Positions 26,131-41,194 of a stretch of DNA of 64,000 nt are shown piece by piece. Location: positions 109,182,001 to 109,246,000 of the forward strand of contig OX597816.1 of assembly GCA_951406725.2 (NCBI GenBank), in the 5' to 3' direction. The translations under genes and the position numbers were made by a program. The stretch is from Octopus vulgaris. Its lineage: Eukaryota. The notes below the pieces were generated by a model that saw only the letters and a program-made list of their open reading frames with translations, had not been told where the DNA came from and made no database searches. Position 1 is the stretch's first letter, and every line of letters starts with the position of its first letter.

Positions 26131-26343
26131 AAAAATTATTGTTCAAGCACAAAACCAGCAGTTATGAGGGTGGGGTGGTTAGTTGATACTGTCGGCCATA
26201 GTGCTTGATGAGTGTTGTATTTTATGGACTTTGCAGGGAAGAAAGGCAAAACAGACTTTAGCGGGATTTGAACTCAGCATGCAAAGAGCCAAAAGAAATA
26301 TCTAGCAATTCTCTCAGTTTTCGCCCTAGAAATGGTAAATAAT

Positions 26344-26549
26344 CTCTTCTACTCTAGGCACAAAGCTCGAAATCTTTGGGGGCAGTCGATTGGATCGACC
26401 CCAGTACGCAACTGGTACTTAATTTATCGACCCCGAAAAGATGAAAGGCAAACTCGACTTCGGCGGAATTTGAACTCAGAACGTAAATACAGACGAAATA
26501 TCGTTAAGCATTTCGCCCGGCGTACTAACGATTCTGTTTGCTCGTCGCC
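26344..26549 (-). mobile_element. SINE family D with 17-bp target site duplication
   Basis: TAGAAATGGTAAATAAT at 26327-26343 and 26550-26566. Confidence 0.92.
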
Positions 26550-27311
26550 TAGAAATGGTAAATAATGATAATGAAACAAAGTTTTGTTTAAATGAACAAT
26601 GAAATGTTGAAAATCTGCATTTTCTGTCTTGATCAGTTTACTTTTATTTAGAGTAGCATTCTGTGCATCTTACTTAACATAGATATATTGTAGAAGGCAC
26701 AATGCTGTAGTATTCCTCTTGAAAAAGCATCTCTTGAAATGAATACCGCAGTATTGTGACTTTCTACAGTATATCTACGTTTAGTAAGATATACAGAATA
26801 CTACTCTGAACTGATACTACTTACGTCGCGAATAACGAATTGTTATTTTGCACAGAAGAAAATTAAAAAAAAAAGCAAGCAAAAACAAAAACGTTATATT
26901 TAATATATTTGTGGGGTCTGGTCTGCAATAAAAAATGTCATCTATTATTGTACAAGCAGCGCTTAAATGTTTTAATGGCTTGTCAGTTAAACTACGGAAG
27001 GATTGATAGGACACAATTGTTGGCATATGCTCAGGGTTTCAGTTGATCTTAATCGTACACTGGTTGTAAAGTTGTGGTAATGATGATGATAGTAATCGTG
27101 TTAATGGTAGTAGCGATGTTGTTTATGTGGTTATTTAGCCCCTAGTCAGGTCTATCTGAGCAAATCTATAACGGCGACATTCCAGCCTTGATTATCTCGT
27201 GTTTTGGCATATCTAGGTCAATATCTAGATGAACAAAATTTAAAGCAATGGTTTGTCTGAAGCTGTAATGACAATAAGGGCCATGATGGCGATGACGACA
27301 ACAACAACAGT

Positions 27312-27800
27312 GGAGGGCAATGGCCCAGTGGTTAGGGCAGCGGACTCGCGGTCGTAAAATCGCAGTTTCAATTCCCAGACCGGGCATTGTGAGTGTTTAT
27401 TGAGCAAAAACACCTAAGCTCCACGAGCCTCCGTCGGCGGCGGGGTGAACCCGCTGTACTCTTTCACTACAACTTTCTCTCATTCTTTCTTCCTACTTCT
27501 GCCACAAAGCAGAGGAACAATGGTGTAACCCGCTATGGTATGGTAAAATTTCAGATCCTAGTCTAGATTGCGAATCCTCTGTACCCCAGGATGGTTCAGC
27601 TCTCCACCCGTTAAAAGCCACCGTTTACAGAAAGGGAATAACAGCGTAGCTTTCGCACCCATGCAACCGCCAGTTTATCGCATGTGGTGGGTGGATCTTC
27701 AAGTTGCCACATGCATTCTTAGTAGCTTAGTGAGGGCTCGAATTAGAGATTATTCTTTGTGGCTAATGGTGTGAGTCCTGATTGGAAGAAGAAGAAGAAG
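27312..27800 (+). mobile_element. SINE family C head with a different, longer 3' part ending in (GAA)n
   Basis: First ~180 bp match 10662; the sequence after that differs. Confidence 0.7.
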
Positions 27801-27859
27801 AACAACAACAACAACGACGACGACGATGATGATGAAGTTGATGATGTTCAAGTAATGTT

Positions 27860-28270
27860 GTTTAGTCCAGGTACGTAATGAATAGGCAAACCTATGGTCA
27901 TAATGATTCCAGTTACCTCTATAAAATCTTCCTCTTGGTCATTGCAAATCTGAGAATATCTATTCGGAAGTGTCCGTCTTTTTATGGCAATAGAGGGCAA
28001 TCTGAGGGAGAATTAGATGCTAATTCTAGCAGGTTAAGTGGCCCAATACAGCTTCTACGATGTCTTATTGTTGTTATTGTTATTGTTTGTTCCTGACCGA
28101 GTAGAGAAATAACATCCAGAAAATTCCTACTATGACTATCCTGTCATTTTCTTCAGACATAATGTATTTGGGTTTACCTTATCCAACGCACCCTTATAAA
28201 TTTAATGTAGATTTGACTGCTTTTTCTCGCTGGTCGAATGACCACTTAGATATTCCATCACTGGCTGGTC
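27860..28270 (+). mobile_element. Two decayed copies of old repeat family E
   Basis: TGAGGGAGAATTAG...TTCTAGCAGGTTAAG and GATTTGACTGC...GGTCGAATGACCAC. Confidence 0.5.
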
Positions 28271-28668
28271 AAATGATATTTGTTATTAATGGTGGCAATT
28301 TCTGAAGGGAAGCTGGTTGTGGCTGTGGTCACAATGACGATGATAATTTTTCCCTCGTCTCTTCCATTAAGATTTTCATACCATTAAAATGAAGGAAGGA
28401 CACATTGCATAAAAATGACAGCATCAACAAGGAAACATTTTGGAAGTTTCTATGTAGAAGCTTAGCTGAATTTAACTTAGCTCAAGACAGCTGAGCTTAC
28501 CTTACCTTGCAGGAAAAATTTAAGATTAAAATATATCTTTAAGCTGAGAAAGCAAAGAAAAAGAACAATCATATCGAGAGCCTACATACATACATGCATG
28601 CATACATACATACATACATACATACATACATACATGTATGTATACATGTATGTATGTATGTATGTATG

Positions 28669-28706
<38 letters not shown>

Positions 28707-28904
28707 CATACATATACATATACACACATACATACATATACATATACACACATGTGTATGTATATAGATAGATACTTGTATATATATATATATATGTACA
28801 TGTAGCTATCTATCTATCTATCTAAATACATACACATATGTGTGTGTATATGTATATGTATGTAAGAATCTATGTATTATGTATGTGTGTGTGTATATAT
28901 GTAT

Positions 28905-28946
<42 letters not shown>

Positions 28947-29062
28947 TAAGTATATAATTATAAATAAATAATTATAATTATATACTTAAATATCAATTTT
29001 ACAATATGGTGGTTGTTATACGCTGGCTACTGATATAATTATTTTAATGATTATATCCTCAA

Positions 29063-29109
<47 letters not shown>

Positions 29110-29599
29110 CTCTCTCTCTCTCTCTCTCCCTCTCTCTCTATATATATATATGTGTATGTGTATGTATGTATGTATCTATCTATCTATATATATTAGAAGT
29201 GAAGATCTCGAATTTAGACACAACAGAGAAACACCTCTAATTGAATATGTACATGTATTTCGTACAATGGTATTGATACAATAAGAAAGGAAAAAGCTGA
29301 CAAGTAAAACATGAACAAAAGCTCCCCCCATCAAAAGAGAGAGAAAAAAAAGATCTAAGAGAACTGCACGCGCACACACGTACCCCTCCATACACATTTT
29401 ACCCAAAACTGTGTTCAGCTGTGCAGTGAAAGCACACTGTAGTAATAATCATATAAAATTTATAGTAATTTCTTTAAATGTCATCAAATAATAAATGACT
29501 TCACGGAAAAGAAGAATATATAAAACGAAAATAAATGAAAATATGGAAAAACTTAAGAAAACACTAAAATAAAAAAGAAAACTGGTATAAAACATCATT

Positions 29600-30300
29600 A
29601 TAAAAAAATATACAAAATATTTTGCCTTGATACGACGAGGTTGTGTTCAACCCAGATGACGTTTCGCTTCAATTAATGCTTCCTATATTATAGCTTAGAA
29701 TCTGAACTATATGTTTGACTTATTCACTAATAGCAATCTAGTTTATTTCCACTTCAATTGAAATTTCCCCTCAGTATACGATCACCTTTCTTTTGTATAA
29801 CTTTTACTTCAAGTTTTAGAAGTCAATAACAGTAGTATTGAAAAAGCAAGATTCAGATGTGAAATCTTTCAAATCTGTGTCCTGTATAATTTCTGTCGTA
29901 GCAGCTATCGCAAAATGGTCTTTTATGAACGAAGACTGCTGAGACTATTTCAGCACTTTGTATTGTTCTGTATTTAGATTGAAGTCTGGTGAAAAGATCT
30001 ATGTTCAGAAACATTCTGGTCTTGACTATCGCATCTTCTTTCCAGACTGTGATGAACAATATTCAGTTTGTCCTTCTATGTTTTAAAGCGTTAGAATGTT
30101 TTTTGCGGGAGATATGGTTGATATTTCTGCTAATCGGACGACTATGTTGAAATTCTCTCGTTTGCTTGATGAGAAAACTGATATTGTCTTTACTATAACT
30201 TCGCAATTTCTGTTCTCGCCCTGAAGATTTTTATTTACGAGATTGTGAGACAGATTTATCTTCATATATGTCATGAAACTAAATGAATAGTTGAAGTAAC
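29600..30300 (-). mobile_element. Probable decayed PLE endonuclease / 3' region
   Basis: Weak YIGQT-like (NIEGQT) and SAVFVH..C..C segments; CGAAACGTC half-HHR downstream at 29658-29666. Confidence 0.35.
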
Positions 30301-30692
30301 AAACGGTAAGCCACAGACATAACCAACATATTTACACAGATCTAGACTTCTAACGATTTTCCTGAACTATTTCAATCTTGAAATATGCATGTTAGCTGCA
30401 GAGCTTGTTAATAACCTATAGGCCTACTCCTTAGCTCTTTCAAGCCAAATGTATGTAGAATATAATATGGGATAGACTTGGTGTCTGTTGACAAATGTCC
30501 ACATGGTTGTGGGTTCGATTCCAGTCTAAGGAACTCGGACAACCTCAGGTTGACCAATGTTTTGTGAGTGAAATTTTGTAGCTAGAAACTGTACTGTGGT
30601 GCGTCGTATAACAAACATGCAGGTACACCCCATATAGAAAGACATATATACTTACACCCTCCCATCCATTCACATCTCAACGCGTATATATG

Positions 30693-30732
<40 letters not shown>

Positions 30733-31037
30733 TAATAATAATAGCTATAATAATATATCATATATTCTCCGATTTAAAGTGACATTTATATATAAACAAA
30801 TTGACTGAAAACTGATGAGCTAAAACTAGCCAGAATCGAACCCAAATATCAACGCTTACATGACTACATGGGCATCCAATTGGGTCAATTGCTCACCCAT
30901 CAATTTCAGTCAAATTTTACGTATATATACTTAAACTGTCTAATACTGAATATATTTATAAACAAACCCGAAGGCTGTGTAAGTTATTGAGTGAAAGCGA
31001 CTATGGAAATATATTAGTACAACAACAACGACAACAA

Positions 31038-31089
<52 letters not shown>

Positions 31090-31281
31090 AATAATAATAA
31101 TAATAATACATACTCTCCGATTTAAAGCGAAATTTATATAGAAGTAAATTGACTGAAAAATGTTGAACTAGCCTTAGCTTTCCTTCCGTAACTTACAAAT
31201 CCTTCTGGTTTGTTTATAAATCTTATATATATACATACATAGATACATACATACATACATACATGCATACATACATATGTA

Positions 31282-31326
<45 letters not shown>

Positions 31327-31401
31327 TTAGGGAGTAAAACCAAACTTACAGGGAAAAATTAGATTTAGGATTAAATCTAATTTTACAGTATAAATATATA
31401 T

Positions 31402-32005
31402 ATTAAATTAGAGATAAAACCATTATTAGGCAAATCAAACAGTGAAAAACATAACCCAAAACATAGAAATAAAATTAATTAATATAATATACAAAATATA
31501 TAAAATATAAAATTCAAAATTTAAATTATTTAAATTTAAAGCTAAAATTAAAAAAAAAATTTTAATTATTTATACTTATAAATTTATATATATATATATA
31601 TTTTATTATTTTTATTTTTATTATTATTTTTATTTTTATCTTTTATTTTTTATTTTTTTTATTTTTCTATTTTTTAATTTTTTTATATTTTTATATTTTA
31701 TATTCTATATTTTTATATAGAAGCAAATTGACTGAAAAATGTTGAACCAGCCTTATTTAATCAGAGTTGACCTGGACTTCAAGAACACAGTAGCTAAATA
31801 GCTTACGAAGAAGTCATTATGCTATCTCTCCCCTTACTAGAAATGACAACCAAATCCCCCTCAGAACACACTATTTTTAATTAAGGAAGGACACATTCAC
31901 AAATATAGTATATTTTGTATATTATATTAATTAATTTTATTTCTATGTTTTGGTTTATGTTTTTCACTGTTTGATTTGCCTAATAGTGGTTTTATCTCTA
32001 ATTTA

Positions 32006-32008
<3 letters not shown>
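31402..32008. repeat. Inverted repeat, ~100-bp arms around a ~410-bp spacer
   Basis: 31402-31500 is the near-perfect reverse complement of 31909-32008. Confidence 0.88.
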
Positions 32009-32049
<41 letters not shown>

Positions 32050-32050
<1 letters not shown>

Positions 32051-33110
32051 GTTGAAATTTATAGAAAGACAAAAGACGAAGACAGGTGTATTAGTTTGAT
32101 GCTAGGGTAAGTGAAAAAGTCTTTTACGTTTCGAGCCTACGCTCTTCAGCAGAGAGAAATAAGAGAAAATAAACAGAAAGAATATTTAAAAAAAACTTGT
32201 GGATTTAGCAGCCAAACACAGTGACTGATTAGAAAAAAGGTTGAAAGAAGAGGAGATAATAAAATATTGGTGATCCCAAAACGAAGATGACGGACATGTG
32301 TATGTATGTGAGAATGTGTAAGTGTATGTGTGTGTATAGGGGCTAGTGACTTTGACGTGAGTGGGTGTGTGGGTGTATGGTGAGGGTGCTGGGAAGTGGT
32401 CAGTGCTAGTGTGTGTCCGTGTGTGTAAGTGTGTGTCTGTAACATGTGATTGCTCATATAATGGCATGTGTAGTGACGTTATTGAAGATTGTGTGTGGGT
32501 GTGTGGTGTGGGTGCTGGGAAGTGGACAGTGCTAGTGTGTGTAGAGTGATGTGTGGTGTGATGTGGTGTGGGCTATGAGGATGTGGGGTGGGGCATGTGG
32601 GGTGTAGGTGTGGGTAGGACTGTAGAGTGGTGATGTAGGGACAGGGTGTGGGGTGAGGGTGATGTCAATGAAAAGAGAAGGTGGGTAGGAGTGAAGGGAG
32701 GAAGTTGGTGTCAGATCAAGAGAGGTGGGGAGTTGAGCTCATGTGGAGCAAAGGAGTGAAGAAAGATTAATTTCCGTTCACGGCGAAGGCGGGAGTCCAG
32801 ATGGCCCATGAGCAAAGACAGTGCGAACACAGACACGTGTTGTAGTGAATGACCGGTAGAGCGGAAATGGTGCCAGACTTGGGTGTCATTGCCGAGTATG
32901 ATGTCTCGGAGGTGCTCTGCGAACCGGTCAACCAAGCGGCGTCCCGTTTGACCGATGTACAAAGAAGAGCAGAAAGAGCCGGAGATGCAGTAAATGACGT
33001 TGTTAAAAGAGCAGGTAAAGTAGTCGGTGATATGATAGGGACGATGGTGGGTACCAGTGAGGATGGTTGTGTTGGAGAGATAGGGGCAAGTACAGCGGAG
33101 TGGACGAGGC
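32050..33110 (-). mobile_element. PLE (Neptune-like) 3' part: Cys linker, GIY-YIG, 3' UTR and pLTR
   Basis: RCTCPYL...NVIYCISGSFCSSLYIGQTGRRLVDRFAEH...E...LN; terminal CTGCTGAAGAGCGTAGGCTCGAAAC motif. Confidence 0.92.
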
Positions 33111-33422
33111 ACCAAGTCCGTCCAATATTTTCCGCACAGCTCGACGTTAGGTGAATAAAAAGCAAATAAATAACAAGGATGTCCAGGTATCAGTGCATTA
33201 CGGCCGTTTCAAGCAGCTCCATTTAATCGATCAATGCAAACATTACATCATTCCAAATAAAACGCTCTCCTCGGATGCGTACGACCATATAGATTTCCAG
33301 CATACAGGATACTCCATTAAAATATTTTTAGCAAATTTTTCATATATATATATATATAGGTTAAAGGTGGTGCTCCAGCATGGCCGCAGTCAAAATGACT
33401 GAAACAAGTAAAAGAATAAAAG

Positions 33423-33506
<84 letters not shown>

Positions 33507-33703
33507 TCGCCATGATAGATCGTTAGCCACTACATACATTTTTTTCTCTCCTTGTTTCTCTCCTTGTTTTTCCTGTGTCCCTTTCTGTAGAAGAGCGTAG
33601 GCTCGAAAAGTAAAACACTTTTTCTATTCCTGAGCCTTATACTAATACATCTGTTTGTTTTGTACACCACCTGTCTTCGTCTTTTGTTTTTTCGTAAACT
33701 CTG

Positions 33704-33706
<3 letters not shown>
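33507..33706 (+). mobile_element. Solo PLE terminal repeat (pLTR) within (TA)n
   Basis: Homologous to 45449-45635 and 32050-32230; GAAGAGCGTAGGCTCGAAA. Confidence 0.8.
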
Positions 33707-33748
<42 letters not shown>

Positions 33749-34264
33749 TGGCTAGAAATTGTCAGTGTATTGATGTGTCAAACAAAAGTAACTAGCTATA
33801 TTTATTCAGTCTGAGTTTCATCCAGTAACACCTCGGTTGCTTTCGTCAATCGATAAACAGACATCGATACAATAAAACCAAACTATTGGGGTCAATAAAA
33901 TTGACTAACAGCTGAAGTCAGACAGAAGATACTAAAAGTACAAATGAATTAACATATCAGATATTGTTTTCTTGTATCTCAAAAAAACCAAAAGCTACTT
34001 CTGCATTAACATTGCCTATGAATAAAGTGGTCGTTTGGCTTACTAAAATAGTCGCCAAATCTACTTCAAACCCAACCATGCTGTCTTTAAACAATGCTTA
34101 CATTATTGATAATAGTGTCACGTATACAGTCTATCTGAATATATAAAGCGTTAAAATTGTGACGATGTTGGTCGATAAGTGATGAGGGGTGAACGCTTCC
34201 ACGCCAATTATGTATTTTTTCCTGTCTCCCGTATGTTTCTTTGTCATCCTACTCTGCCACATTT

Positions 34265-34316
<52 letters not shown>

Positions 34317-34392
34317 AGCATAATGGATGTCCACTAAGTAGTCATCCCTTTTATATGTATGTAGTATATATATATATATGTATATACACACC

Positions 34393-34588
34393 GAATCAGG
34401 ACAATTACCCCCTAAGACAATTACCCCACTCAAGGCCAATTCCCCCGACAACTACCCCTATGACAATTACCCCTCTAGGTTAATTACCTATTCGCCAATA
34501 TATTAAGACGTTTTAAATCATCATCTGTTCTCCTCGGGGGTAATTGTCCTTGGGGGTTATTGTCCAGGGAGGTAAATGTCATAGACTC
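34393..34588. mobile_element. MITE with inverted arrays of GACAATTACCCC
   Basis: About five direct copies on the left and three inverted copies (GGGGTAATTGTC) on the right. Confidence 0.75.
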
Positions 34589-34829
34589 ATACATACATAC
34601 ATACGCACACACACACATACACACACATGTATGTATGTTTATACAACTATATATATACATTTAGAGATACGTACATATGTATATATATTTGATTTTATAA
34701 TGATTTGTAGTATATTATGCATTTCTTGATAATTCTCACTTGTATCTTACGTTCAGTCGTATATTAAAAGTCTAAGAAAAGGAGCAGTGCAAATACGATA
34801 TATTTATTCAGCTATGATTTCGAATTCTG

Positions 34830-36900
34830 GATTTTGAAATATGTATTTTATATAGAGATTAAGCAGTACGACAATGGTTGGTACTTGTTAAGATGTTATC
34901 AATTGTGAGTAGTACGCACTTTATTCGTAAGCTCAACAAGTAGAGACAGACGAAAATTTCCTCTTTTCCAGATTAACTTTATATCGCATAAAATATATTC
35001 GATGCATATAAAACCAAAGTTTTGAATATTTTGTTATAAATTAGTTATATGATTTAAATATAAATATAAATTCATTTTGCCAAACGTCTTTTTTGAAGTT
35101 TTATTACAACCATTTTGAAAATGTGTAATTTTTTTTACATGGAAATGAAAATATCTCTTCTTAGAAAACTGGTTAAACGAAGACCACGCAGAAAATAATA
35201 GTGTTGAAATAATACTTCATGCAGAATTTGGATGTAGTAACAGCATGTGAGAGAAATTGTTGAAACTAAACAATCCCACGAAAGAAAAGAGACAAATCCA
35301 TGAAATAATTTTTGCAATATGTATTTATTTTTGACCTTAGGCATGAAGAACATCATCTAGTCTGCTTAATTTGTAATGAATATTTTGTCAACTGAAGTGT
35401 AAAGCATACTAAATGAAAAAAAAAACGACATTTTGATACAAGGCATGAGTTCTCAGAAGGTAAATATTTACCGACTTTTTAAAAACATATTGCTGAAGAG
35501 TAGCGTAGGAAGTCTCATACATAATTACAAAAGCTATGCAGCCATACATAATTGGTGAAGGACCTGTGTTGCCAGAGGCATGTGGAGTCTCAAAAATTAT
35601 TCACGGAAAAAATCTATGCGGGCGATATACGAAAAATTCCAGCATCAAGTAAAAGAAATATAAAACAATTGTCGAAATTTATAAGAAGCGATTTCTCAAG
35701 TTGCAATTTACTGGAACGAATCAACAGGCAATACAAATGCGACTAAACAATTGATATTTTTCAAATATTCTTTGTGAGAACAATGTGCACAAGGATATAC
35801 TGTTTTGTCGATCATTAGAAGGATGAACAGCAGACGAAGAATTTTAAAGTGAATCATATTTTAAAGTAGGTCTAGAATGGAATGACTATACTGGTGTATG
35901 TACTAATGACGCAGTAACAATGATGGGATACAATTTCAAGCTAAAATTAAATCTGTAAACAATTTACTGCATTTTCTCATTACATGATTCATCGAGAAGC
36001 ATTAGTGGCTAAATAAACTTTCCTCAGAGATAAGTGCGGTAATACGAGATGCAGTCAGCATTATTAACTTTATTAAAAGTCGAGCATGGAATAGGGGTCT
36101 ATTCAATGCAAACCTTTGATTTAATTATTTGTAAATGTAGGTCAGGCTATGGGATATGAGCTCAGTAAACTTTTACAACATAAAAAGTGCGAAGGATGTG
36201 ACAAAGACAATCTTTGAGACTTTAAATTAAACTTATAAAAATAAACGAATGTTTTCATCGGAGAAAGAACACACACTTTGCATAATTTTTTCAGGAGGAA
36301 AACTGGCTTTGCAAATTATACTATTCGTCAGACCTAGTTACAACTCAAAATTGAATCCTTTTCCCATCCCTACAAAACCTCTATGGAAACATGCAATATA
36401 AATTAAATTGATTTAATTAGTTTTAAAAAAAATTTAAATGTTTTCATATAACAGATTACATTGTCTGCGAAAATAATTTGACCATTAATTCGATTAAGTA
36501 GATCATAGTCGAGCATTTTTGGTATATATGGAAAAACAATTAAAAATTTGGAAAATATTTTCTATTAAGCCTAGTCAATTATAAATTATATAAGGTCAAA
36601 ACACCATTTATTTTAGTAATAGAAAAGGTGAAACATCTTTCTTTGAAGGCTGAACAAGTCATTTGATTCGAAACTTGAATTTTCAAAAACAAACTTGCGC
36701 GTGTGTTGATAGTATGGGAAATCAGAATTTCAAATGCTGTTTAAATTATCAATAGCTGCTTTTCTCATGTGCTTCCATAAAATTTATGTGAATCTGCACT
36801 TATAGCTTTAATGGCAATAAAGACAAAATAATGCACAAACATTAAAATATGGAAATTCCCGCAAGAAAACTCACAAATACCCGCAAATTTTGCTGTGTTG
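34830..36900 (+). mobile_element. Decayed hAT (Buster/Charlie-like) transposase remnants
   Basis: DILFCRSL, GVCT...M, HYMIHREALVAK, IINFIKSRA, WLCKLYY, LCESA...IKTK. Confidence 0.85.
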
Positions 36901-37299
36901 TGCCGAAAACAGCAAATACACCCATCCCACTGAAAATATTAAAACAATATATCTCTTGGATCTTTTCGGTATGAAACACCCATGCCAATTTTATTGAAAC
37001 TCCTATTATGAAACCCATAACCATTTTTGAAAAATTAATGATACAAAAAGTTAAGAACTTTTAAGATTGAAATTTTTGAAATTTTTAGCCTCTCCGATCC
37101 ATCTTTTCGTCATGGTGATGCTATGGAAAGAATTTATGTTTTTGTTTCCGAGATGCAACGTTACGAAAATCTCACCAATTATCATTTTTTAAGAAATTAA
37201 TAATGAAAACGCTAGAAGACCTTTAAATATGAAAATATAGAACTGAAAATAGAAGAAAATAACAAGTTAACAGTTACAAAAGAAGTTTGCGATGTACTG

Positions 37300-37425
37300 C
37301 AGATCTTAATCCTAAATCTAACACTAACTTTAAACCTAATGTTAAACTATATCCTTAAGCCATAAATCCTAACTCTAATCCCAAAATTTAATCCTAACTC
37401 TAACCCTGACACTAAGCCTAAAATG
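37300..37425. repeat. Degenerate CCCTAA-like hexamer array
   Basis: ATCCTAA/ACTCTAA/ACCCTGA 6-bp periodicity. Confidence 0.6.
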
Positions 37426-37594
37426 TTTTCAGTTAGATGCTATGAGAACATATGGTAATCCCTAACGCTTACTCGTTGGAATATCGAGAACGGATAAACC
37501 TGTAGCTATAGATTTGTAAATCTTGTACTACAAGTATTAGTTTATGAATGATCGAACATTAAATCCCTAATTCAATATCGAATAGAACATCTAA

Positions 37595-38260
<666 letters not shown>

Positions 38261-39426
38261 CATATCTGTGTACACGCTCGCATTTGTGTGGGTACGTTTG
38301 TGTGTGATTGTGTGTATGTCGTTGTGATACATGTGATATTGTAACGCACGTAGCCTTTTCCGAATGATTCACAAGTTTCCGCAGTAATGAAGTCCCGGCT
38401 TCTGCCGCAATGTGTGGTATTACAGGCAAGTATCTTTTACTATATCATTAATTGAATTGAAATCGTGTGTCTAGAATCCAACATGAGCGTTCGTCACGCT
38501 GATTCTGCTAGACAGTTACGTTGAGGAAACACGTGTCTAGGAAATATATTACCATTTATGTACCAATTCAAAATGTAGTTAGTTTAGTTCATCAAATATC
38601 TGTAATATTCTTAGTCGAAAGAGACGGAGACTCACTTAATTTATACGTAATAAGCAGAAAATGATTCGCTTAGAGGCTGCTGTGCTTCAAATATGGCAAA
38701 CATATGTGAAAATATTTATGAAGTTAGAGATAAACAAGAGTTTTCTGCTTGATATGTTGTTTTAAATTGTCATGACATAGTTAAAGACTACAGGAACTGC
38801 AGTAGCTTTTATAAGAAAGAACCGTGTTATTCTTGTTCTTGTTATTAATGTTTTGACGTAGCTATAACAGTAGAGAGACTAGGATTGACAGTCTGGTAGT
38901 AATATGTGTTGGTGGAAATGATATAGTTGATCGTTGATGTTAGTGAACGTAGTGACGTTTGAAAAAAAATGGTGGCTAAGATGATAGAGGTATTGATAGT
39001 AGTGAAAGTTTGTGTGGTTTTTAGTATTATTAGTAATCTTGATGATAAAGATAGTGATGGAATGACGACGATGATGGCGACCTTAGAGTCATGTTATCAT
39101 AGAAATAGTGGTGATGATAGTGTTTATAGTACTTGTGGTGTATAGGAGTGATACTCCAAACATTTATATCATACTAGAATGGCATGTTAAGGAAGGAGAA
39201 ATGATAGTCTAATATTTCTATTTCCAATCATATTCAGGTCCAGAAATTTTAAAATACACAGCAAGAAGATACATACATACATACATACATACATACATAC
39301 ATACATACATACATACATACATACATACACATGCATACATATATACATACATACATATGCATACATAATACATACATACATACATGTATATGTATATATA
39401 TATATGTATATGTATATGTATATAAA

Positions 39427-39749
39427 GGAGCACTCTGTCAGTTATGACGACGAGGGTCCCAGCTGATATGATCAATGGAATAGCTTGCTCGTGAAATTAA
39501 CGTGCAAGTGACTGAGCAATCCACAGACACGTGTACCCCTAAAGTAGTTCTCAGGAAAATTCAGCGTGACACAGAGTGTGACAAGGCTGACCCTTTGAAA
39601 TACAGGTACAATTCATTTCTGCCAGTTGAGTGGACTGGAGCAACGTGAAATAAAGTGTCTTGCTCAAGGACACAACGCGTCGCCAGGAATTCAACTCACG
39701 ACCATACAATAGTGAGCCGAATGCTCTAACCACTAAGCCACGCTTCTTC
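39427..39749 (-). mobile_element. CORE-like tRNA SINE family B1, full length
   Basis: Reverse complement of 10242-10540. Confidence 0.9.
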
Positions 39750-40539
39750 ACTATATGTATATTTACACACACATATATAAATATATATGCAAGAAAAAAA
39801 AAAATATATATGTATATATGTATGCATATGTGTGTATGTATGTGTATATGCGCACGCACATTCATATATTTTCACACTCTTACATATATGTATATACACA
39901 TACGTACACACACACACATGAATATACATACAACTCATTCTCTCTCAATGTGTGTGTTTATGTATTATACATGCACATATATGCATGTGTTCAATTATTC
40001 TATAGTGATTCACTCCGTCTCTCTTCTACTTTTCCTCACTTTTGTTCGTTAGAGCAGTTATAACAATGTAATAATGGACAGCGGGCTGAAAATAATTTAA
40101 AACATACTTAATAATAAAATGCAGTTGATCAAAAATAGAAAGAACTATGATTAGATTCTCATTAAATTAAGTATGAATATTGCATCTAACAAGATTATAA
40201 ATTTACTAAGAGTAATAAACAAATATTTCTGCAACAGCAAATTTCACTAGCTGTTCAACGAAAGCAATGTAAAAGTCAGTTAAAGCTACAACTAGCAAAC
40301 AATATGGTTAGATTCTCTCCAAACTCGGTATGAATCTCGAGGAGGATGTAATCGAGACCATATATCTGGAAAAGAAAAGACGATATAGTCTTGGCATTTA
40401 TAGATTTATAGAATTCATTTATAAATTTACTCGATTATGCCTGACAAACTGTAGGACTTAACAACTATAGCATTGCTCGTTGGAAATGCATGAATAACTA
40501 TCACATTATTCAGTTTCACTACATTCGTAATTCCAAAGC

Positions 40540-40577
<38 letters not shown>

Positions 40578-41194
40578 CGTGCCCGTGTAATACAAAGAAT
40601 TATAATCTGTACCATATAACTTAATATCGTGAATTTTATCCACTTTTGTTTTTTGAAAATTTCTATTTCTATTTGCAGTTTAGTCCCAAATCAGGCCTAA
40701 TGGAGTAGACCTTTGAATAAAGATGTTTTAGCTGTAACCATGTCGGCATTTCTTTTTTTTTATTCAGACAAAATGTATCTAGAATCTTATTATCAGATGG
40801 GTCCTTCCCTCCCCAAGCCGTTTCCATCCTCCAGCTCCTTGCTTTTTACTCTTTTCTTCACCCATTCAACATTTAAATTTCTCACACTACGATATGAACT
40901 ACTATTTGCCATGTTCTCTCCCGATGAAAGAAACCGGTCTTACAGTAATGTCTCTACGCTACCATTTACTGGTTGCATATCCTTGACGTTTTGCACATTG
41001 CATATGCTAATTATGAAAATAACGATTACTACTTAATTTCGAGCTCTCAGAAACAGCTACCGCGTTAAAAATACTATGCAGTTTCTCCCTAGTATTCTAT
41101 GCTCCATGTATATGTAAATTTATTTGCTTATATATATAGATAAATACATGCTTGCACATATGTGTTTATCATCTCATGAACATATTTAGGTATT

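Noticed and set aside
30812-30840. CTGATGA as a hammerhead core
   Set aside because: No correctly placed GAAA, helix III and UH downstream.
21079-37425. Telomere or chromosome-fusion site
   Set aside because: Only three TTAGGG units inside a MITE and one short degenerate hexamer array.
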